DNA of 64,000 bases from Eledone cirrhosa (taxonomy: Eukaryota). A program made the position numbers and the translations under genes. The notes beneath the pieces are model-generated. The model worked only from the letters and a program-made list of their open reading frames with translations, searched no databases and was not told the origin of the DNA. The stretch is taken from positions 19,592,001 to 19,656,000 of the forward strand of contig OZ024747.1 in NCBI GenBank assembly GCA_964016885.1. Reading direction: 5' to 3'. Positions 41,585 to 54,128 of the stretch are shown one piece after another. Positions within the stretch are counted from its first letter, which is position 1, and every line of letters begins with the position of its first letter.

Positions 41585-41770
41585 GCGGTGGATTGGCAGT
41601 ATCGGTAGAGGGTCGGACGCCATGCTTTCCAGCATAGTTACGTCCCTTTACGATCTGAGTTCAAATCCCGCCGAGGTTGACTTTGCCTTTCATCCTTGCG
41701 GGGTCGATAAAATAAAGTACCAGTAATGTACTGGGTAATTGCTGGCCTTGTGCCAAAGGTAGAAACAATT
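41585..41770 (+). mobile_element. SINE copy with 19-bp TSD
   Basis: ATTATCTCTTCTATACATG at 41567-41585 and 41768-41786. Confidence 0.95.
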
Positions 41771-42039
41771 ATCTCTTCTATACATGAATGTGGGATAAAG
41801 TCAAGCGCTTTACTCTAGTCTATTCAAGCCATGGTTATTGATCATAAGTTGATCTTTTGTTCCCGTACTTCTCTTTCCAAATCCCTTCGGCTGAAGTAGG
41901 GACACAGTTATATTTGCTCAAGCTAAACATACAGTTCCTCAGTCAGTACTTGACATCTATTTCCATATAAATGGAGGGCATGTGTTGGACCGAAAGTTTG
42001 ATACAAGATTACTCTTTTCTGCATCTTTAAAGCAAAGTA

Positions 42040-42170
42040 ACCTCATTCCCAGAGCAACTATTATTTTAGTGATTGTTTCAGTTTTTATCATCCACATTCG
42101 ATTTATTTCTATCTCTAGATCTTTGTAGTTGGATAATTTCTCCATTTCCTTGACAGATATATTGTCGTCC
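42040..42170 (-). pseudogene. RLE LINE endonuclease fragment
   Basis: DDNISVKEMEKLSNYKDLEIEINRMWMIKTET...IIVALG, homologous to the [17 protein letters not shown]...IVIGALG region. Confidence 0.8.
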
Positions 42171-42974
42171 GTATAAAGGTATAGTAAAGAGACTGATGCC
42201 ATATAAAGGTATAGTAAAGAGACTGAAATAATATGCGCTCTTCTACTTTCTAAATTTAAGTCAAGTTTCTGGTTACTGTTTCAGTTCTTTCCATGAATGT
42301 TGAAATATGAACAAGTCAAGTACTGCATTCGATTTGTGAGATTGTATCCTACACAAAATTGTAAGATCTCATGTTAAATGTAAAAACACTATCATTCATT
42401 TTCTTTTTATTTATTTATATAATTCACTGATGGATGTATGTTTTAATGATCTTGATGTATGCCGTTCTACAGATAATTCGAAAGCTCGAGAAACTTTAGT
42501 TTAGTTTCGAGAAGAATATTTATTTTTAACTTTAACATATCGAAGTAAACAAAAGTTACGAGAGTGAAATAAATCAACGATACTTCTCCCATTGCTCATA
42601 TTAAACACCATTTGAAAGCATTCTCCATAGACAAATGAATGCGTCGATAAGTTATTCTTTTGTTCAGACAAATAGGAAACTGATATAGTGTCGTGTTAAT
42701 TTTCTTTTATAGTTTTACTGGATTAAGCCATCACAATATATATTACGATAGTGTCAATGTAAGACACATAAGATAGTGTATTCGCACTAATATATATATA
42801 TATATATATACGCCGCCACGTAAAATTTGTTAATCGGTGGCTAGTCGAGAGATAGAATCTTATCGGGTGCCAGTTGCTAATAATCGCTTTACCGTGTCAG
42901 TCGTCACAAACAGTCATGACCGGAATGGGCTGGTGTTTGGATTCTGTTGATCGATTGGTTATTGATTAAGCGAT

Positions 42975-43085
42975 ACCCGCTGATGAAGCCACATAAGCCG
43001 ATTGTGCATTGTTGCATAATATATGCAGACGTATTGTGAAGTGCAACTTACTGCTGCATTAGTGCGGCAGAAACTCGAGTCCTGG
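42975..43085 (+). ncRNA. Type I hammerhead motif with ~83-nt stem II region, stem I degraded (family F)
   Basis: ACCCG-CTGATGA-AGCCACATAA...TTAGTGCGGCA-GAAAC-TCGA-GTC-CTGG; palindromic ACTCGAGT stem III and GUC site. Confidence 0.75.
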
Positions 43086-43252
43086 AACCACTATAGGCAC
43101 CTGTTTTACGTGTGTTGTGTTGAAGCAAATAACTATGTGTATACTCTTGGAATGTATGTTACATTGCCCATGGAGTACGCTGAAATACAACCGGTACTTG
43201 CATTGATAAATATGCTCTGGGTCCGTCAACTCATTATTATTATTATTATTAC

Positions 43253-43363
<111 letters not shown>

Positions 43364-43529
43364 TAGATAGATAAATATACACGGGTGTGTATGATTGTGT
43401 ATAGAAGATTATATTAATAAGAGGAATTCCAACTTTGTCTGATTTACCCGTTTTATTTACTATTCTTTAAAATTTATAATGGTATTATAATGAAATAGTA
43501 TGATAGAATATTAAATGTTAAGTGTTAAT

Positions 43530-43568
43530 TGAACAAGTACTTTCATGCTTTCGCAATCTTCAGGTTCA
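43530..43568 (-). ncRNA. Minimal type I hammerhead motif (family G, left arm)
   Basis: Reverse complement of 43646-43684. Confidence 0.82.
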
Positions 43569-43645
43569 TAATGTGTGGTGACAGTCAAGTTTGCAATTTT
43601 CAACTGTCAGTTGAAAATTGCAAACTTGTCTGTCACCACACATTA

Positions 43646-43684
43646 TGAACCTGAAGATTGCGAAAGCATGAAAGTACTTGTTCA
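43646..43684 (+). ncRNA. Minimal type I hammerhead motif (family G, right arm)
   Basis: TGAAC-CTGAAGA-TTGC GAAA GCAT-GAAA-GTAC-TT-GTTCA; GNRA-capped stem II, palindromic AAGTACTT stem III. Confidence 0.82.
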
Positions 43685-43817
43685 ATTAACACTTAACATT
43701 TAATATTCTATCATACTATTTCATTATAATACCATTATAAATTTTAAAGAATAGTAAATAAAACGGGTAAATCAGACAAAGTTGGAATTCCTCTTATTAA
43801 TATATATATATATATAT

Positions 43818-43985
43818 ATAGAATAGCTTTCACTGTATTTTTGACTAAAGGAATTTTAGCCTGATAATGGGGTTTAGAACCCTCAGATAAATAGAAAAAG
43901 ATGAGTATTGACGTACATGTACCTCAATACTCATCTTTTCAGGCTAAAATTCCTTTAGTCAAAAATACGGTGAAAGCTATTCTAT
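43818..43985. repeat. Fold-back inverted repeat of the family also present at 35270-35380
   Basis: AATAGCTTTCACTGTATTTTTGACTAAAGGAATTTTAGCCTGA mirrored at 43939-43983; inner palindrome AAAAGATGAGTATTGACGTACATGTACCTCAATACTCATCTTTT. Confidence 0.85.
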
Positions 43986-44033
43986 TTTCTAATTTCAAAC
44001 CTGCTCACTGTTTCAAAACATACTTACGTGCAA

Positions 44034-44203
44034 TGGCAGTATCGGTAGAGGGTCGGACGCCATGCTTTCCAGCATAGTTACGTCCCTTTACGATCTGAGT
44101 TCAAATCCCGCCGAGGTTGACTTTGCCTTTCATCCTTACGGGGTCGATAAAATAAAGTACCAGTAATGAACTGGGTAATTGCTGGTCTTGTGCCTAAAGT
44201 AGA

Positions 44204-44208
<5 letters not shown>
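44034..44208 (+). mobile_element. SINE copy
   Basis: Consensus match, slightly 5'-truncated. Confidence 0.92.
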
Positions 44209-44236
<28 letters not shown>

Positions 44237-44286
44237 TACAAAATAATAGGAGGCATGTTCTGGTGTAAATCCGTGAAAGTTTTATT

Positions 44287-44344
44287 TTACTATAATCATT
44301 TCAATGACCGGGTTCAGTATGAATCCGGTGACATCATCAGGTAA
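44287..44344 (-). ncRNA. Type I hammerhead motif (family H)
   Basis: Minus strand: TTAC-CTGATGA-TGTCACCGGATTCATACTGAACCCGGTCATT-GAAA-TGATTA-TA-GTAA. Confidence 0.75.
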
Positions 44345-44680
44345 TTCAAAATATAACGAAGGAATGTAGCAGATAAAAATCCTTGGTGTTTAAATCAGAG
44401 ACAAGAGGGCGGCCGGTTTTTAGCAACTTGTAGCTGCGTCGACCGCCCTCAAGTGCTGATAATTGGGTCAAGATACTATCTTATGGTGTAAGCCTTTAAT
44501 GTACTACCACCATTCCGTCAGATGGAAGTGTCAGCGCTGAGGTCCCGCGTCAATCAGGCTAGTCAGGCATGCTCGATATCGCCGTGAAATATGTTTTTTA
44601 AAGGACAAACAGACATAAAGATTAAAAAGGGAGAGAGTGTGTGTGTGTGAATGAAAGAGAGATAGAAAGTGACAGAGAGA

Positions 44681-44753
<73 letters not shown>

Positions 44754-45152
44754 TGTAGGAGAATGAAAAACAGAGAGATTGACAGAGAGATTGAGAAATA
44801 GAGAGTGTGTGTAATTGATATAGAGAGAAGGTGACAATTAACATAAGGAGGCTTTTATGAAGAAGTTTAGGTGTGATATATATAGTCACGATAAATTGTC
44901 AGGGTGGTATATATACTAAAAATATGCCATGCTAGCGGTCAATAACCAGCGACGACTAGGGGTCCCGCACTATACACCCGCCAGCTGTACCGAGTAATGT
45001 CGTCTAGCGAAAGAAATATAAATTAGTTTTTCCGAGCACTCCAGGAATGTAGCTGTGTTAGGCGTCGGTTGTGTCACCCATTGTCGGCAACCCCCCATTG
45101 CCGGCTGGCCATCGTATATAACAAGCGGTTGGTATTATATCACACATTGAAA

Positions 45153-45337
45153 GGGTGGTGGATTGGCAGTATCCGTAGAGGGTCGGACACCATGCTTTCC
45201 AGCATAGTTACGTCCCCTTACGATCTAAGTTCAAATCCCGCCGAGGTTGACTTTGCCTTTCATCCTTACGGGGTCGATAACATAAAGTACCAGTAATGCA
45301 CTGGGTAATTGCTGTCCTTGTGCCCAAAGTAGAAACA
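45153..45337 (+). mobile_element. SINE copy with 19-bp TSD
   Basis: GGTATTATATCACACATTG at 45131-45149 and 45338-45356. Confidence 0.95.
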
Positions 45338-46228
45338 GGTATTATATCACACATTGTGGGGAATTAGTTAAGTGCTAGTAGGAAGAGGCATGATACAGTT
45401 AATGGTTATGACTAGGCCTAGAAAATAAGGGTACTATTTGGCGGTGAATGGCGGCGGCGTGCCGAGTCTCGAACTAGGCATAGCCGCGGTGACGAAGGAG
45501 CGTTCCGAGTAATTTCGTTTATCGAAAGAAGGGAAAAATTTATTTTTCCAAGCACTCAAGGAAGGCTAAAACGCCCGATTGGCCGGCGGCGCGCAGTCAG
45601 GAAATCCGCCACATCCGTCGTATCATCGCGTGTTACCAGACAATTAATATTTATTCACACCCGTGGTGTGAGGTTGAGAGTGGTAAAACGCGATGAAATG
45701 CGCTAAAAGCCTAGGTCACGTCCCCAGTTAGTCCAGGTTGTATTAGTGTGGTTCTAGGGTGGGTATGGGGAATGAATAAGGAAACAGATATATGGGTACA
45801 TAGAGATCACAGTGGTAGTTATGTACTGGGAATAGAGCGAGTAATTACGTACACAAGTAAAAGGAATAATACGCAAAATACAACATCAAAAAGTAAAAAT
45901 CCGAATGCGTAAATAAATAAATCAATAAAAAAATAAAATAAAAAAATAAAAATACATAAATAAAAAATGCAGTCATAACTAGGGTGGTGATGCATGGAGT
46001 AAAACGGAAGTACAGAGAACATATCTATGAAATCAAAACACAGGGGAAATATAAGCACAGGGGAAATATAAGAAAGATCGAGGGGCATTCGGATAATACA
46101 GGGTTTTACATATAGATATAGAGGATGGAAGAGAAGTAGTGGTATCAGGTGATACCTGGTGTATGTTAGAGTCTTAATATTCAACGTGGATCACAAATGT
46201 CCTGAAGTATAGGATAGAGAAATCAGTC

Positions 46229-46939
46229 AATACAATACACGCAATATTAAAATACGCAGAAATATTTAGAAGAATCAGTGAGATCTGTCGTAGACCGGAT
46301 ATTCCCGACATGGGAGCAGCGGTGGACTAGGTGGGTGGTAGACAAATCTCAAAGCATCTAAAATTCGAAAGGTGTAAGGTTAGTTAGTCCCATGCTGGCG
46401 ATAGCTGCACACTGGAGTCAGTGCCGCTGTTCATTATTACATCTGAAAGGGCGGTGGATTAGCAGTATCGGACAGAGAGTCGGACACCATGCTTTGAAGC
46501 ATAGAGTTACGTCCCATTATGATCTGAGTTCAAATCCCGCCGAGGTTAACTTTGCCTTTCATCCTTACGGGGTCGATAAAATAAAGTACCAGTAATGCAC
46601 TGGGTAATTTCTGGCCTTGTGCCTAAAGTAGAAACAATTATTACATCTGAAAGGGCGGTGGATTGGCAGTATCGGTAGAGAGTCGGACACCATGCTTTGA
46701 AGCATAGAATTACGTCCCTTTATGATTTGAGTTCAAATCCCGCCGAGGTTAACTTTGCCTTTTATCCTCATGGGGTCGATAAAATAAAGTACCAGTAATG
46801 TACTGATTAATTGCTGGCCTTGTGCCAAAAGTAGAAACAATTATTACATCTGAAAGCGCTCGACATTATCCAGTCTACGACAGACCTCACTGATTCCTCT
46901 AAATATTTCTGCGTATTTTAATATTGCGTGTATTGTATT
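46229..46939. repeat. 73-bp inverted repeat arms (46229-46301 / 46867-46939)
   Basis: AATACAATACACGCAATATTAAAATACGCAGAAATATTTAGA...GTAGACCGGATA and its reverse complement. Confidence 0.9.
46448..46842 (+). mobile_element. Two tandem SINE copies with a triplicated target site
   Basis: ATTATTACATCTGAAAG at 46433, 46637 and 46840. Confidence 0.95.
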
Positions 46940-48183
46940 AGGCATGTATATATGTATATATGTACAGATATTCAACATTTCGGGAATTGATAAGATAGCC
47001 CTCGTGCAATGCTAGGGGACTGTTTGTTTGTTAAAATATTAACACACACTTAGCAAAAGTATGGTCATTGCTACCAAACCATCTCTAATAGCACGTAACG
47101 ACCGCAGTTTTGTTATATATCTTATATTCACACACTTATACATTCTTCTATATATAATATATATGTTTTTTTCCAGGGATATATAGAAAAATACAGTTTT
47201 CTGTATAAAATTAAATTAGAATGCTTACTACTATTGGAATAAGAGTAGATGTTTTATTGTAAGTGAATTAAATACATGTCGTCATACCATTAGCATACTT
47301 TCAAGAGTTTATTATATTTAATACAAGAATATAGAAATAAATGAATGCAGGAAATAGTATCTTTTCAAAGGTTATATTATTTTCCTTATATTCTTAATGA
47401 GAGAGCAAAAGAAGAAATAATGAAAAAGAAAGGCATCCGGGAATTTCGTATTGCATTGCTGATTAAAATTTGAAAATATTATTTAATTCGTTTATAAATT
47501 AAATATCAAAGTGTCAGGTTAACTGATAAAGATGATCCTATCTCCATATTGCATAACAAGCAAGAATATAATGTAAGGTTAATTGATAGAGTTTATTTTG
47601 AAGAACTATAAGGAAAATGCGTAGACATGGATTAGTGATTATAAAGTTAACTCCACAAATTTTTTGTGTTGAACCACATTAAGTTTAATTTAAAAGATTC
47701 CCCAAGGGGAAACTTGGTTCGGGAAACTGTTGTAAAATATTCAAATAATTTCAACCCATTGTACGGAGTTATACTATAAATCCCGTCTGGTTTAGCGATT
47801 ACTTTGTAGAAAAGCCAGCAAGCCAAGTTTGTGTAAGATATTCCATTCCAGCACAATTTCAATGGTTTATTTTAGATATAGGTTAAAGATAAGAACATAA
47901 TAAAATCTACAACATTGGGTAGAGTGGGATTTCACGGACATAGACATATACAGATTCTTATGGATTCCTTTATATATTTCCATGGATTATAAATGTAAGT
48001 GGTAAAAAGAAATGAGAGGGAAGTCGACAAAGGCTTGACTAGAATGCAGAACTAGTTTCTTGGACCTTAAAACCATCTTAATATATATATCTATGTACAT
48101 AAAGTGGGTAATAGGAAAAGAGTCAGGACCCTGACGGCTGAGCTCCGGCCATTTCGACAGCTAGATTTGTATATATATATTTA

Positions 48184-48725
48184 TATATCAAAGGTATATA
48201 TTGAGTTAGAAACTCAAAATAGTCTCTTACAATAAAATAGCTCAAGGAAAGAGATTTTTCCGAGCCGTATATTATAATTGAATATAAAAGAGAGATAAAC
48301 ACAGTTATACACATATATGTGTTTAAATCATAAGGGACCAGATTCGCTAAGGTGAAAAAGATACTAACTATGGACAAGAAAATAAATACAAACCGGAATT
48401 GTGGTAACTTCCAGACACCCAGACACCCAGACAGCGTTTGGTGAAGCTGTTTCGCAATCTAATTGTGAAGAGAATTACCAATTCTTATTGCTCATCAGTG
48501 GGTGTAAATTAGTAAACTCTTCACTTCTAAGTATATCAGAAAACTGAATAGTGTGCGTATATAAATTAACGCACATGGTATCAGAACTTAGCGTGTCTCA
48601 CAAACTCATACCACTAAAAATAGCAGCCAAGTTTACTCGACATTTAAATTAGCTCAACAAATTAACGGAGCCGAGTATATCAAAGGTATATATTGAGTTA
48701 GAAACTAAAAATAGTCTCTTACAAT
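48184..48725 (-). mobile_element. Non-coding element with 50-bp terminal direct repeats (492-bp period) carrying a canonical HHR
   Basis: TATATCAAAGGTATATATTGAGTTAGAAACT(C/A)AAAATAGTCTCTTACAAT at 48184 and 48676. Confidence 0.75.
48423..48505 (-). ncRNA. Canonical type I hammerhead ribozyme (family I)
   Basis: Minus strand: ACACCCA-CTGATGA-GCAAT...ATTGC-GAAAC-AGC TTCACCAAAC GCT-GTC-TGGGTGT; all core bases, three helices, GUC site. Confidence 0.93.
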
Positions 48726-49673
48726 TAAAGATCCGGACTCGGCAACGCTGAAATGTGTCTAATATTGTAGAATGTCTGCCTACTGAACTATGGAAACCTT
48801 GCCCGCACTGCACACAATTCGTCGTTTGCTTCTGGCATTAAAGCACAAGACACCCATGACACACCCAGAAGATTAGCTATTTTTTGCAAAGGGTGAAGAT
48901 TGATAGTATAATTGGATCTCATTATGAAACTTGAGTACCATGCTTAATTGTATACATAAATATATATAACCCTATGCATTTTATTCAATACTGCCATTAC
49001 ACTACTGATTCTGGAGAGAACTACACTCTGATTGGATTCATTCCAGTTAGCATTGAGTAAGACGGTGTGTGGCACGATGTTACAGTACCCTGGGATAAGG
49101 ATTTCTTGAATATATACGCACGTATGTAAGAAACAATACCTAGTATTAGTATCTGACGCCACATGTTGAGTCAACTAAGAAAACATAATTAACTTGACAG
49201 GTATTGTTGGCATGTTACATATTCGAGATGGAAATCAATATAATTTCCATAACTTCAAAATCATATTGAAAATATCTCATTTATCACTCAGATTTGCTTG
49301 TGAAGAAACTTAAAATTTCTGAACAGTTATACAATATCAGGGATATTTATAGCTAGTTGCATTATCACATTTCTCTTTAGTTTCTCCTTATTTTGCATTT
49401 ACAGTGCATAGTAAAAGCACGCTCTCACACACACATACATATATACAAGCACTGACGAACGGAGATAGTTATTTAAAGGCAAAGAGATACATACATATGT
49501 ATGTAATAACACCTACTTCTAAGTATACATAAATAGAAAACTACGGCTAGCGTGTGTGTCAACATGTGTATGAGAGCGAATACGTATAAATGTTATTCAC
49601 GTGTATACATTTCAAATAAACAATCTATTTCCCTATTCCATGAAAATATGTTTATAAGTGAATTGTTCTCTCT

Positions 49674-49778
<105 letters not shown>

Positions 49779-49837
49779 GAAGTAATTCCGTCGGAAAAGA
49801 CCAGGAAAAAAGAGTGCTCTATATAGGTAACAGAGCT

Positions 49838-50158
<321 letters not shown>

Positions 50159-50339
50159 GTATATATATATATATTATATACATATATATATTATATATAT
50201 ATATATAATATATATAATATATATATATATAATATATATAATATATATATATATAATTTATATATAATATATATATATATAATATATATATATTATATAT
50301 ATATTATATACATATATATATTATATATTATATATATAT

Positions 50340-50370
50340 ATAATAGGTGAATTGCTCTCTCTCTCTCTCT

Positions 50371-50403
<33 letters not shown>

Positions 50404-50845
50404 TATATACATATATATATAATACATGTAGGAGGTGAGTTTTATTGTGTACAATAAAGCAATGCTGATATCGGATAAGAAGCGCTCTACAATTTGTAGG
50501 ACTGGAGTATACATAATATATAAGATCAAAAGATGGTTAAAAGAGTTCCACGTATTTTATTATGCGCATTTCAAAAACAAATATCATCATGCAATAACAT
50601 TTGTGTTTTCATCAGATAAAATAGGAAGACATGATATGGAGGTTAAAAACACTTGTGGATAGTGCAGTTTTAAATCAACATATGATATGTTGATTTAAAA
50701 CTGCACTATCCACAAGTGTTTTTAACCTTCATATCATGTCTTCCTATTTTATGTGATGAAAACACAAATGTTATTGCATGATGATATTTGTTTTTGAAAT
50801 ACGCATAATAAAATACATAGAACTCTTTTAACCATCTTTTGATCT

Positions 50846-50883
<38 letters not shown>

Positions 50884-51220
50884 AGATCAAAAGATGGTTA
50901 AAAGAGTTCCATGTATTTTATTATGCGCATTTCAAAAACAAATATCATCATGCGATGACATTTGCGTTTTCGTCAGATAAAATAGGGAGACATGATATGA
51001 AGGTTAAAAAACACTGACGAAAACGCAAATGTCATCGCATGATGATATTTGTTTTTGAAATGCGCATAATAAAATACATGGAACTCTTTTAACCATCTTT
51101 TGATCTTATTATTTATACTCCAGTCCTACACACTGTAGAGTGCTACTTATCCGATATCTGCATTGCTTTATTGTACTACAATAAAACTCACCTCCTACAT
51201 ACACACACACACACACACAT

Positions 51221-51282
<62 letters not shown>

Positions 51283-51297
51283 TATACATATATATAT

Positions 51298-51343
<46 letters not shown>

Positions 51344-51360
51344 ACAATTCACCTATTATA
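50340..51360. mobile_element. Nested inverted-repeat complex of HHR family B (four ribozyme copies in alternating orientation)
   Basis: HHRs at 50553-50623(-), 50745-50815(+, core GTGATGA), 50914-50984(-, CTGACGA), 51014-51076(+, no 5' stem I); outer arms 50425-50511 / 51114-51200. Confidence 0.88.
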
Positions 51361-52521
51361 TATATATATATGTATATATATATATACATATAGGTGGAAG
51401 CATTTCTGAATTAGGGGCGCGGGTAAGTTTGGTCAATGTAGTTCTAGTGATTTGTTTAGCTCTTTGCACTCTAAATGGTCAGAAAACTTCGAATGCGATA
51501 AACATAATTTGTACATAAATTGTAAAGCATATCCAAATAGATGTGTGTTTTAGTAGTTTGGGGAGAAAAATATAATTATTTGGGTGGGAAGGAGCATAGT
51601 GCCGCTACTGCAGCCTCCAGTTCTATTGTCCCTGTATCTATGTATATTTATATACAGTATATGATTTAAACAAAAATAATGATCTGCACCCTTTCCTAAG
51701 GCAATGATATACCGAGCTTCTTCGTATTTGGTACTAAAATAGTATTATACCCAATTTCTTCATCTCCTATATATATATATACGATAGTGTCTCTCCCATT
51801 CCCCCTCTCTATATCAATTTATACCAAACTCTCCCCCTCTCTAAATCTATATCTCCCAATTATCTCTACATAACATGTACATAAATTGTACATAAGTCGC
51901 TACATCTCTACATAAATTGTTTTGGTACTTTTGGAGAAAATTATATTTATTAGGGGGAGGGCGGGGGGGAGCCTGGCCCCCTTCCTTTCTTTGATTCGTT
52001 ATTGAAAAAATGAGAGGGACAATTCTTTTAAAAACAGGTTTTATAATGTATGTAAAGTTTTACTGGTTTCGATGTATTAATAAAATTCATCTTATCAAAT
52101 GTTGAGTATTACAATTAAAAAGAATTAATAAAAACTTAAAGATTAAAAATTAAAGATTTAAAATTAAGAGGTAAGTTTTTTTCATCTTCTTTGACGAATA
52201 AAATTTTTACTAAAGGTTGCTTAGAATTTTCAATATTTAGTTGCGCATTTAATGATACGAAATCTTTTTTCGAAAGAAAATTGTCATTTTTTCTGTTGAT
52301 ATTATGTGTTTGTTACCGTCCTATATGGATTGTACTAAGAATGCGGCTCTCAAATCTGTTGTGCATATATATATATATATATATATATAAGTGTGTGTGT
52401 GTATATATATATATATATCAGATAGGGTGTGCTAAAAACCAGCTAGACCATAACTCACCAGAGGACTCGATAATTGCGTGTGTGTGTATGTTTATATATA
52501 TTTGCATATATATATATAAAG

Positions 52522-52552
<31 letters not shown>

Positions 52553-52599
52553 TATACATATATATGAATGTATATGCATACACATATATATACACAGCC

Positions 52600-52631
<32 letters not shown>

Positions 52632-53634
52632 ATGTATGCGTGTGTGTGTGTATGTGTGTATTTATGTATAATACATACATATATGCAAATGATTTGTTCA
52701 TATTCATCTTTCTACCCTTTAACATGATTGATATCATCCTTTATTTATCTCAATATATCTCGTTTAAGTACGTGTTTTTGTGCGTGTGGTTGTTATCCTC
52801 TTATCTGTTGGATGTGTATGTTTCTATCAGTGCACGAACCTATCAGTATTCGTAAGAAACCAAATACATTAAACGTCTACACTTAGACACTTGCTGTTTA
52901 CACACGCATCATATTCATGTACATGCATTTCACTTATATACAATTACATACGCTAATACATAGATACATAAATCTATATACCAACTGCATAAGAACATCA
53001 CAAACACACTTACATATTAAAAACAACAACAACAACAACAACAGCAACAACTGAAGCAAATATAAGATTTACTGTGTAAAATTTCAGAATAAAATATAAC
53101 TAAATTCAATCATGAAGAAAATTTGGATTTAAAACAAATCTATTTTGAACTAGAAATCAAAGAATATATTTTAATAATTGAACATAAGAAAATAAGAAAA
53201 ATAGAGTCGAAACTTTCAGGTGAAATACCACGAATATTTTTGAAATATATCTATTTTATCTCGGTAGATATCTGTTGCATTTTGGTTTTGTTTGTATCAT
53301 ATTTTTTGGATGTTTCTGTTTTTGTTTTACACCATAACATATCGAGATATATCTAGATTTCAATGTGATACCTATATTTATTTGACTTCTGCTGATATCT
53401 GGGAAATGGCACATGGTGTATATTCTTATAACATAAAGCAATAGTGAAGATGGGGATGTTGATGAAGAGGATGATAATAATAATAATAATAGTAATAATA
53501 ATAACAATGATAACAAAAATAATGACAATGTGAAGAAGAAGAAGAAGAAGAAGAAGAAGAAGAAGGGGAAGAATATTAGTAAAAGCAATTATTGGATACA
53601 AATAACCATGCACAGAATATAATGCGCGCGCACG

Positions 53635-53666
<32 letters not shown>

Positions 53667-53685
53667 CATATGTGTTATATATATC

Positions 53686-53767
<82 letters not shown>

Positions 53768-53806
53768 TATATATATGTATATATCTATTATATATATATA
53801 TATATA

Positions 53807-53839
<33 letters not shown>

Positions 53840-53926
53840 ATATATATATATATATATGTATATTTATTCAGGTTTGAGGTTCACCACTCTATAGAGCTGG
53901 TCTATTCCGTAATATAATATTTATAT

Positions 53927-53991
<65 letters not shown>
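53635..53991. repeat. (CA)n/(TA)n microsatellite tracts
   Basis: Directly visible. Confidence 0.95.
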
Positions 53992-53994
<3 letters not shown>

Positions 53995-54128
53995 CATGTG
54001 TCTGACGAGGGTTTGTATATAATTCGCAATTACATGTATGTAAATATGTGTCAGAACCAGACATGACAACACTTACTGTCTAAATTGCGAGAAAATGTTA
54101 AAACCTTCGAAAATAAGATAAATATATG
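53995..54128 (+). ncRNA. Degenerate hammerhead motif with ~100-nt stem II region (family J)
   Basis: CATGTGT-CTGACGA-GGGTTT...TTCGCAATT...AATTGCGAG...AAACCTTC-GAAA-ATAAGATAA-ATATATG; stem III poor. Confidence 0.55.

Larger units (their letters stand above)
43410..43804. repeat. 395-bp near-perfect palindrome, centre 43607
   Basis: TATATTAATAAGAGGAATTCC...CAACTG T CAGTTG...GGAATTCCTCTTATTAATATA; one mismatch noticed (ACAGTCAAG vs ACAGACAAG). Confidence 0.96.

Noticed and set aside
46195-46867. Giant hammerhead AATGTC-CTGAAGT ... GAAA-GCGC-TC-GACATT split by the SINE pair
   Set aside because: Stem I and the palindromic stem III fit, but the core is non-canonical and no stem II closing helix is visible; kept only as a curiosity
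47560-48080. Possible decayed Penelope RT C-terminal region next to HHR islands
   Set aside because: No diagnostic motif could be read with confidence
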